In this document: in pieces, positions 10,609-16,080 of the stretch
Numbering within the stretch: position 1 is the first letter of the stretch
Layout of the letters: every line of letters begins with the position of its first letter
Source: a virus
Lineage: Duplodnaviria > Caudoviricetes
DNA: 24,954 nucleotides
IMG/VR virus record: IMGVR_UViG_3300011335_000621
Location: 1 to 24,954 of that record
Direction: 5' to 3' (one strand)
The notes under the pieces: model-generated
What the model was told of the DNA's origin: nothing
The model's database searches: none
What the model saw: only the letters and a program-made list of their open reading frames with translations
Position numbers and translations under genes: made by a program

Positions 10609-10860
10609 TCAATTACAATTCCATGCTCGCAATGATTTATTAATACGCGAGTTTGGATCGTTAGCTGTTTTAGTTGAGGTGTTTACCTTCTTCATACCTT
10701 CCATGCGAGCACAAAACGATTTGCGTCGTGCTGCATCTTTAGGAGTCTTAGGAGTAGGTGCAGGTGGTTTGAGATTAGCTCCAGTTGTACGCTTAAAATG
10801 CGCACGACCAGCGGAATTTAACCCACCAGCAGGATTTTGATACTTCTTTACAACTCCCAT
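10609..10860 (-). CDS. Conserved small basic phage protein (DUF6321-like)
   Basis: NPAGGLNSAGR...RRKSFCARMEGM...DPNSRINKSLRAWNC matches a widespread aquatic-phage family recalled as DUF6321; GAGG RBS upstream. Confidence 0.75.
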   Translation of the reverse strand: MGVVKKYQNPAGGLNSAGRAHFKRTTGANLKPPAPTPKTPKDAARRKSFCARMEGMKKVNTSTKTANDPNSRINKSLRAWNCN

Positions 10861-10907
10861 TTGGTATACCTCACAGCATCATACACTCATTGATAATCTG
10901 GACGCAT

Positions 10908-10922
10908 TACTTGCGGTATACT
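10908..10922 (+). promoter_or_regulatory. Promoter (TACTTGCGG box + -10 TATACT) for a leaderless luxR-like mRNA
   Basis: TACTTGCGGTATACT followed by 5 nt and then ATG 10928; no SD sequence present. Confidence 0.6.
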
Positions 10923-10927
10923 TTATT

Positions 10928-11134
10928 ATGCTAAAACTAACCTTAAAAGAAAAAGAGGTCCTGCAACTCGTTGGCGAGTACAAAACCTCTAAAGAAATAG
11001 CATTACAACTAAAGCTAAGCCCACGAACAATCCAGTCTTATCTTGATAACATTTACTTTAAATTAAATGTCAAGGGACATGGCGCTCGCCACCAAGCATA
11101 TGCTGCAGCTTTAAGTGCTAACTTGCTTGATTAA
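10928..11134 (+). CDS. Stand-alone LuxR/GerE-type helix-turn-helix transcriptional regulator
   Basis: LTLKEKEVLQLVGEYKTSKEIALQLKLSPRTIQSYLDNIYFKLNV is a canonical LuxR C-terminal HTH. Confidence 0.9.
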   Translation: MLKLTLKEKEVLQLVGEYKTSKEIALQLKLSPRTIQSYLDNIYFKLNVKGHGARHQAYAAALSANLLD

Positions 11135-11529
11135 TCAGCAAATGGATCATCAATATCGTCTACCTTAATCTGTCCAGCAGGACGAGGATTTGGCGGAGGA
11201 AGAGTCTGATCGTCTTGCTCTTTACGTGAATCAAGTAATGTCCATTGGTCTACAATAATCTTAATAGACTGTTTCTTTACACCTTCCTTGTCGGTGTAGT
11301 TATCTAGCTGAATCTTGCCTACAATGGCCAACAAGCGCCCTTTAGTTGCATACGTGGCAAGTGCATCACCCGTCTGTCCAAATGCTGTACAGCTAAAAAA
11401 GTCTGTTTCTTTTTCACGACCTTTGCGGTCTACTGCGATACGAATATTACAAACAGATTTACCTGTAGTTGTTTGTTTTGACTCAGGATCTGCAACAAGC
11501 CGTCCAATTAATGTAACATGATTAAGCAT
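11131..11529 (-). CDS. ssb: Single-stranded DNA-binding protein
   Basis: LNHVTLIGRLVADPE...ETDFF...KGRLLAIVGKIQ, acidic tail DDIDDPFAD; AGGAG RBS. Confidence 0.95.
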   Translation of the reverse strand: MLNHVTLIGRLVADPESKQTTTGKSVCNIRIAVDRKGREKETDFFSCTAFGQTGDALATYATKGRLLAIVGKIQLDNYTDKEGVKKQSIKIIVDQWTLLDSRKEQDDQTLPPPNPRPAGQIKVDDIDDPFAD

Positions 11530-11545
11530 ACGGTTCTCCTATATG

Positions 11546-11560
11546 ATTATACCGTAAGTA
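11546..11560 (-). promoter_or_regulatory. Promoter (TACTTACGG box + -10 TATAAT) upstream of ssb
   Basis: Minus strand reads TACTTACGGTATAAT-CATAT-AGGAG-N6-ATG. Confidence 0.7.
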
Positions 11561-11581
11561 ATACTGGTGGAGTAAACAACC

Positions 11582-11737
11582 ATGAAGAACATTAAGCAGA
11601 TGAGAGATGGTGGAATGAATAAGAATGGCATGCGTAAGGGCATGCTGACCGGAATGAAAAAAGGGCGCGATCGCGGTATGGAAGATCAAGTCTGCACACA
11701 CTGCAAAAAGCGCCCTTGTGAATGCGAAAAGTGTTAG
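11582..11737 (+). CDS. Small Met/Gly/Lys-rich protein with C-terminal Cys cluster (51 aa)
   Basis: MKNIKQMRDGGMNKNGMRKGMLTGMKKGRDRGMEDQVCTHCKKRPCECEKC; GGAG RBS upstream; fills the intergenic gap; below the ORF-track cutoff. Confidence 0.7.
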   Translation: MKNIKQMRDGGMNKNGMRKGMLTGMKKGRDRGMEDQVCTHCKKRPCECEKC

Positions 11738-11985
11738 TTTTCTTCATCCATTAGTAGCTTGGTAACAAGCATGATTGTGTCATGAGCAATTTTCTTTTGC
11801 TCAGTAGCAGCCATGATTGCGTACCACGCTACTTTCAACATGTCTGATTGATAGGACGCGCCTTTTTTGTGACCAGCGCGTTCAATGTATTTCAACATGC
11901 TAAATTGATACGGATCGAGATTCCATTCCTTGACTAAATCAATTGTTTGAATCTTATGCTGAGTGTAATGACTGTTATCAATCAC
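11734..11985 (-). CDS. DUF3310-family (SaV-like) protein
   Basis: SHYT...IQTID...LKYIERAGHK...DMLKVAWY pattern typical of DUF3310. Confidence 0.8.
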   Translation of the reverse strand: MIDNSHYTQHKIQTIDLVKEWNLDPYQFSMLKYIERAGHKKGASYQSDMLKVAWYAIMAATEQKKIAHDTIMLVTKLLMDEEN

Positions 11986-12446
11986 CGATAATCACCAGTA
12001 CTGCCAAGACCGCCCTCACTACGCTTGGTCTCTACTTCAAATAGTGGTTCATCAGCAATAGCAATACAATCACAGAGTTCCACTGGTGCTAATACAGCTT
12101 GCGCAATAGCCATCTTGTCTCTAATGATTTGGATCTCTTGGCTATGATTGATGACAATAACCATCACCTCGCCTTGATAATCCTGATCAATAGTTCCGGG
12201 TGAGTTAAGTACGGCAAGACCATATTTAAATGCCATACCGCTACGTGTGCGCAACTGTAACTCATAACCCTTTGGAATCTTTACCTTCCATCCTGTTTTG
12301 ATTACTGTACGCTCACCGGGCTTAAGCCGAACTACACCAGTGTGTGCAAATACATCCCAGCCAGAAGACCCCGGAGTCTTGCGCGTAAACATATACTCAC
12401 GCCAGTCAAGCTTGGGGTCACCTATCCATTGGACCTCAAGCTTCAT
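11982..12446 (-). CDS. dut: Trimeric dUTP diphosphatase
   Basis: All five motifs present: SGWDV, RSG, NSPGTIDQDYQGE, IAQ, RSEGGLGSTG. Confidence 0.95.
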   Translation of the reverse strand: MKLEVQWIGDPKLDWREYMFTRKTPGSSGWDVFAHTGVVRLKPGERTVIKTGWKVKIPKGYELQLRTRSGMAFKYGLAVLNSPGTIDQDYQGEVMVIVINHSQEIQIIRDKMAIAQAVLAPVELCDCIAIADEPLFEVETKRSEGGLGSTGDYR

Positions 12447-12678
12447 TCTTATAACCTAACGCAGCACGAAGCATATCCATTACAAAAGTAGCTGGAATCT
12501 TTACCTTATCGCTACGCAAATCATGAAGATAAGATGCTGTATCTACAATATTTAAATCGATAACAACATTTGCTGTTTCGTCACCTTTAGATTGCACAAT
12601 CTTATAAACAGGCTTACCAGAATCTAACGCCATATGTACTTCAACATCACTAGTTGATCCACGCTTAAGGATAATCAT
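12436..12678 (-). CDS. Hypothetical protein (80 aa)
   Basis: Overlap-coupled ORF within the thyX-dut operon. Confidence 0.72.
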   Translation of the reverse strand: MIILKRGSTSDVEVHMALDSGKPVYKIVQSKGDETANVVIDLNIVDTASYLHDLRSDKVKIPATFVMDMLRAALGYKNEA

Positions 12679-12977
12679 TCTTTTTCTTCTTTCTTTTCAC
12701 TACCGTAGGTAGTATTAAGTATATGATTTATAACATCGTTTTGCAAATGGATTAACATTTTGCTTGGAAATAATGCTCCGTCATTCCATAACTTATATAT
12801 AACTGCAACTGCTTCTGCCGGAGGCATTGTTTTTTCATGTGCTGATTGATCATCTACACTAGATCTTAACGATAGTGTTATTAATGTTGATGGCTCATGT
12901 TGTACATGAATACTAATATCGGATTCCCGGCCAATCAAAATAATATTGTAACTGTGTCCTGCTTTACTTAAAAACAT
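12675..12977 (-). CDS. Hypothetical protein (100 aa)
   Basis: GGAGG RBS at the end of thyX; coupled to the next gene. Confidence 0.72.
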   Translation of the reverse strand: MFLSKAGHSYNIILIGRESDISIHVQHEPSTLITLSLRSSVDDQSAHEKTMPPAEAVAVIYKLWNDGALFPSKMLIHLQNDVINHILNTTYGSEKKEEKE

Positions 12978-12979
12978 AT

Positions 12980-13618
12980 CTAATCCTCCATGTAATGTTC
13001 TTCAAATGCTGCGGTAGTAATAGGAAGAGCTGTTGTCAAAACATTCCAACAATCTTTAGCTATTAACCGATGTTCTTCCTGAGTGTGTTTATTAGTACGG
13101 ACTCTGCAATAGTGCAACCAATCACGTACAGTTCCCTTCATATATAACCGTGTACCCACGCATAAAGGCAGCACAAGACGTGCTGACTCCAGAGCAACAC
13201 CGCTTTGAATAAGGTCGTTGTACGTACGTACTGCAAAAAGAACAGGAGCCAATGCTTTGTTATCTGCAATAAGTTGTTCTTCTGTGTCCACATATGGAAT
13301 GCTACCTTGCCGATTAGTGGCGCCTTTGCGTCTCATTATAGGCAGATCCATTTCAATCTTAGATGGATCAGCGTAGCGTTGGCTAAACTCTTGAAAATGA
13401 AAACTGCGGTGACGCAATATCTGTGCGGAGATAGCCCTAGATGTATAAATTTCCATGGTTACATCTACCATTTCAAATACTGACCAATGGCCTTCTCTCA
13501 TGCAATAGCGTAATAGGCGTTCATACTCAGGGTTATCATCGTTACTAGATGACACACGAGCTATGTGAATCATGAACTGCTCTGCATCGGGTTGAATGTA
13601 CTTTAGTGTGGCTGCCAT
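12980..13618 (-). CDS. thyX: FAD-dependent thymidylate synthase
   Basis: ThyX signature RHRSFHFQEFSQRY, plus GHWSVFE and ESARLVLP; AGGAG RBS. Confidence 0.96.
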   Translation of the reverse strand: MAATLKYIQPDAEQFMIHIARVSSSNDDNPEYERLLRYCMREGHWSVFEMVDVTMEIYTSRAISAQILRHRSFHFQEFSQRYADPSKIEMDLPIMRRKGATNRQGSIPYVDTEEQLIADNKALAPVLFAVRTYNDLIQSGVALESARLVLPLCVGTRLYMKGTVRDWLHYCRVRTNKHTQEEHRLIAKDCWNVLTTALPITTAAFEEHYMED

Positions 13619-13629
13619 TTTTACTCCTA

Positions 13630-13710
13630 TGCCTCAGACGGGACTCGAACCCGTACGTCTTGCGACAACGGATTTTAAGTCCGTCGTGTCTACCGTTTCA
13701 CCACCGAGGC
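13630..13710 (-). tRNA. tRNA-Leu (anticodon TAA), long variable arm, CCA not encoded
   Basis: GCCTCGG/CTGAGGC acceptor stem, D-arm GTGAAACGGTAGACAC, anticodon arm ACGGA-CTTAAAA-TCCGT, variable arm GTCGCAAGAC, T-arm ACGGG-TTCGAGT-CCCGT. Confidence 0.95.
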
Positions 13711-13717
13711 GTGTTTT

Positions 13718-13732
13718 ATTGTACCGTAAGTA
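13718..13732 (-). promoter_or_regulatory. Promoter (TACTTACGG box + -10 TACAAT) for the tRNA-Leu-thyX-dut operon
   Basis: TACTTACGGTACAAT ends 7 nt before the tRNA 5' end. Confidence 0.7.
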
Positions 13733-13745
13733 CGTATGATATTAT

Positions 13746-13845
13746 GGATGCACAACGCGATGAAAACTTAAAAAGCCACCCATCATGCCGATAGATCTTT
13801 AAGTCGAGCGACGTAGAAAAGCCCCTTCACAGAGGGGCTTTTTTT
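13746..13845 (+). ncRNA. Candidate small RNA of about 100 nt
   Basis: -10-like TATGAT at 13735-13740, ACTTAAA/TTTAAGT stem, ends in a U7 terminator. Confidence 0.35.
13817..13845. terminator. Intrinsic terminator, potentially bidirectional
   Basis: AAAA-GCCCCT-TCACAG-AGGGGC-TTTTTTT. The U7 tract is on plus and U4 on minus; the thermonuclease stop codon lies in the loop. Confidence 0.8.
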
Positions 13846-14207
13846 ATTGACCAAGCTTCGTTTTTATTTTTACCTGAGTATGGAACTGCGCATCCGTCTC
13901 TAACTAACTGTTCATTGAGTGTGCAAGATGCCCTGTCGGTCGCTACGTGGACCAACCTGCGACCATACTTATCTAATTGGTGTTCTACTCGGATGGTGAA
14001 TTTTTCGAGCTTAGCGGCGGCATCTTCAAACCAGAACTTGGCTTCAAGGATAGCTTTCTTTCCTTCCGCCGTAGATTTCTCCGGCGTATCAATTCCGTGG
14101 AGCCTACAGTGCTGATCCACAAGCCATACACCAAAACCGAGATCGATATCGCAAACGAAAGTGTCGCCATCAATAACTCTTTTGTATCTGATTCCATACT
14201 CATACAT
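13827..14207 (-). CDS. Thermonuclease (SNase-like) family protein
   Basis: RVIDGDT...IDLGF...RLHGIDTPE...DKYGRRL...LNEQLVRDGCAVPY. Confidence 0.92.
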   Translation of the reverse strand: MYEYGIRYKRVIDGDTFVCDIDLGFGVWLVDQHCRLHGIDTPEKSTAEGKKAILEAKFWFEDAAAKLEKFTIRVEHQLDKYGRRLVHVATDRASCTLNEQLVRDGCAVPYSGKNKNEAWSIKKAPL

Positions 14208-14210
14208 TAG

Positions 14211-14483
14211 CTATGCCTTTTTGTTGGAGCGTACAGAATGGTCACTGTTACGGCTAAATGACCTATTAGCCGATGGTGACATTAGTAGTAAATTACGGAA
14301 TGAATTAGAGCCACCTTGTGACAATGGTTTTTTATGATCAATGTCTTTACCTGCACGGCTGATACCTTTAGCATCCATAGCCCTACGAGCCGTCTGACGG
14401 TCCATACGCAGAGGATGCTCACCTCGTGCCACTTGTTGCTGGTACTCTTTCTTGTATGGTCGTTCTTTATTTACGTAGGGCAT
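14211..14483 (-). CDS. Small HNH endonuclease-like protein
   Basis: DIDHKKPLSQGGSN...NL...ANRS HNH core. Confidence 0.82.
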   Translation of the reverse strand: MPYVNKERPYKKEYQQQVARGEHPLRMDRQTARRAMDAKGISRAGKDIDHKKPLSQGGSNSFRNLLLMSPSANRSFSRNSDHSVRSNKKA

Positions 14484-14488
14484 TTTAG

Positions 14489-15094
14489 TTACATCCCCGG
14501 CTTTGTATTCTTGACTTTCATAGCCTTAGACATAGGTCCTTGACCAGAGTAAGAACCATTTGATCCGCCTAGTGCACTACGTCCATAAGAGGTGTTATCT
14601 TCTGGTTCATAGTTAGTTGCTCCGCGTCGTGCATTAATGTCACCAGCAACTAAAGCACCAGCACCAAGTCCAGCCATGATGCCACGCTGCGCCATTTTGC
14701 CAACGCCACGCTTTATCATGTTTCCACGTGCTGTAGACTCACTAGCTTTATCTGATGCTCGTCCTGCTAAACGCTGACGAGCTATTTGTGCATTCTGTGC
14801 ATCACGAGTACCAACAATTAGATTGTCAGCAGCTATACCTTTGCCTTCTGGGCTAGTAAAACTAATAGGCCGCCTAGCTGACAAACCAAAATCACTAATG
14901 TCTCCAGAGAATTTGTCACGTGCGTTTACGTCACCACGTGCTTGATCACCACCAACTGTGCGAGTATCACCCGCTCTATATCTATATGAGCCATCAGGGC
15001 GTCTGCCCATTTCTGACGTCATGGGAACGAGGCGTTGGTCATAAATACCAAAGTCACGTCTGGTAATAAATTTTGGTTTTTTATCGTCTGGCAT
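14489..15094 (-). CDS. Hypothetical Gly/Arg-rich protein (201 aa)
   Basis: GGGAG RBS and upstream TACAAT at 15115-15120; contains the GLGAGALVAGDINARR motif. Confidence 0.78.
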   Translation of the reverse strand: MPDDKKPKFITRRDFGIYDQRLVPMTSEMGRRPDGSYRYRAGDTRTVGGDQARGDVNARDKFSGDISDFGLSARRPISFTSPEGKGIAADNLIVGTRDAQNAQIARQRLAGRASDKASESTARGNMIKRGVGKMAQRGIMAGLGAGALVAGDINARRGATNYEPEDNTSYGRSALGGSNGSYSGQGPMSKAMKVKNTKPGM

Positions 15095-15123
15095 GAGTGT
15101 TAGTCTCCCATGTCATTGTACAC

Positions 15124-15156
15124 AAAAAAAAGACCAGCGTGACAGGACTGGTCTTT
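15124..15156 (-). terminator. Intrinsic terminator closing the tRNA-Asn/ncRNA transcript
   Basis: Minus strand AAAGACCAG-TCCTGTCACG-CTGGTC-TTTTTTTT. Confidence 0.8.
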
Positions 15157-15450
15157 CTCTTTTTGCAGAGTCCGAGTATGTCGGGCTAGAAGAGGAGGTT
15201 TCTAGACTTTCATAGCTAACCTTGCGGTTGCGGTTTAGTTATACCATTCTCATAGCACGACGTCGCTTTTCTTTTGCAAGAGCAACACGCTGTAACCAAC
15301 GAGCACCCGTAAGTACCTTACTAATCATAACGTTACGCCCTGTAGTAGAAAGAGTATAAAGGACCACAGGGGTAACGCTATCCCCAGTCGCTGCGCTCTG
15401 TTGCACTGTGCGTTTACGTACATGGCGCAATACAGACACGACATGGGGGA
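15124..15450 (-). ncRNA. Candidate structured ncRNA of about 325 nt directly 3' of tRNA-Asn
   Basis: A run of about 8 hairpins with G-U pairs favouring the minus strand, GCAA tetraloops and a terminator; no convincing CDS. Confidence 0.6.
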
Positions 15451-15522
15451 CTCCTACTGCTGGGATCGAACCAGCGACCATCCGGTTAACAGCCGGAGGC
15501 TCTACCGCTGAGCTAAGTAGGA
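15451..15522 (-). tRNA. tRNA-Asn (anticodon GTT), CCA not encoded
   Basis: TCCTACT/AGTAGGA acceptor stem, GCTC-AGCGGTA-GAGC D-arm, TCCGG-CTGTTAA-CCGGA anticodon arm, GCTGG-TTCGATC-CCAGC T-arm. Confidence 0.95.
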
Positions 15523-15538
15523 AGGTCTTCATGCCGTA

Positions 15539-15567
15539 AGTATATCTATACTGATGTAGTAGCGCAA
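15539..15567 (-). promoter_or_regulatory. Sigma70-type promoter for tRNA-Asn/ncRNA
   Basis: TTGCGC-N17-TATACT; the -10 overlaps a TACTTACGG box (15534-15542). Confidence 0.6.
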
Positions 15568-15576
15568 GGATATAGA

Positions 15577-15614
15577 TTTCTCCGTGGGGAGATGTGTTTC
15601 TCCGATGGGAGAAA
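15577..15614. repeat. Tandem palindromes TTTCTCCG-N3-GGAGA, 20-bp period
   Basis: TTTCTCCGTGGGGAGA (15577-15592) and TTTCTCCGATGGGAGAAA (15597-15614). Confidence 0.6.
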
Positions 15615-15654
15615 AGAAGAAAAAAGGAGATTGACTGTAGCTGTCGGAGTCCCC

Positions 15655-15732
15655 AACTGATTTTCGGAGGGGGGCAGGGGCTTGCCATGAGGGGGGCGGG
15701 GGGACGGGGGGTACCCCTCCTCCTAACTGATT
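15655..15732. other. G-tract block flanked by AACTGATT direct repeats (candidate genome end/packaging site or origin)
   Basis: G6,G4,G6,G6,G6 then TACCCC, located at the strand switch. Function is inferred. Confidence 0.45.
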
Positions 15733-15757
15733 ACTTACGGGCAGGTGATTCTATATG

Positions 15758-15990
15758 TTCACCACTACCGGATGGTACGGGTGAACTACGCCTGCTGAAA
15801 AGTGACTAGCGAACACTTTTCACCGGGCGTTTTGCTTATTCAAGGTTGCAATAAGTAGAATGTAAACCCAAACGATATATGAAAGGTATCGTACGGTTAC
15901 AAAGTCTACTGCATTGCATCGATTCTAGAATAGGTTATATACAATGATGACAATAGGGGAATCACACTATAGTGGTTCCCCTTTTTCTTT
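15758..15990 (+). ncRNA. Candidate structured ncRNA or leader of about 230 nt
   Basis: Four consecutive hairpins (15758-15785, 15788-15830, 15832-15859, 15861-15901), G-U pairs favouring plus, and a terminator. Confidence 0.55.
15955..15990 (+). terminator. Intrinsic terminator
   Basis: AGGGGAATCAC-ACTATA-GTGGTTCCCCT-TTTTCTTT. Confidence 0.8.
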
Positions 15991-16080
15991 GCCTAGTCTG
16001 TTAGAGGAGATATCGGGATGTTCTCGGTATCTCTTGTGCTAGATAGGCTAACACAAGCACACACAAAAGGATATGCCCCA

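Noticed and set aside
2182-10840. Plus-strand and alternate-frame ORFs inside terL, terS and the large left-arm genes
   Set aside because: They are antisense or out-of-frame shadows of longer, better-supported genes.
11131-11529. Host assignment from SSB style (DDPFAD tail reminiscent of Armatimonadota-type SSBs)
   Set aside because: This is an impression only and needs a phylogeny or CRISPR-spacer match.
13606-13794. 62-aa plus-strand ORF
   Set aside because: It is antisense to tRNA-Leu and is a shadow frame.
14211-14483. HNH gene as a mobile homing element or intron ORF
   Set aside because: It is only 90 aa, has no DNA-binding extension and interrupts no gene; it looks like an ordinary small phage HNH.
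15381-15450. Theta (HDV-like) ribozyme or tmRNA after tRNA-Asn
   Set aside because: I could not build the nested double pseudoknot or find a tmRNA T-arm/CCA end; the region reads as a simple long hairpin.
15239-15688. 149-aa minus-strand ORF
   Set aside because: It runs through tRNA-Asn, its promoter and the hairpin array, and has no RBS. Only the last 29 codons remain a weak alternative.
15594-15809. 71-aa plus-strand ORF
   Set aside because: It translates the G-tract and low-complexity regulatory DNA and lacks protein-like features.
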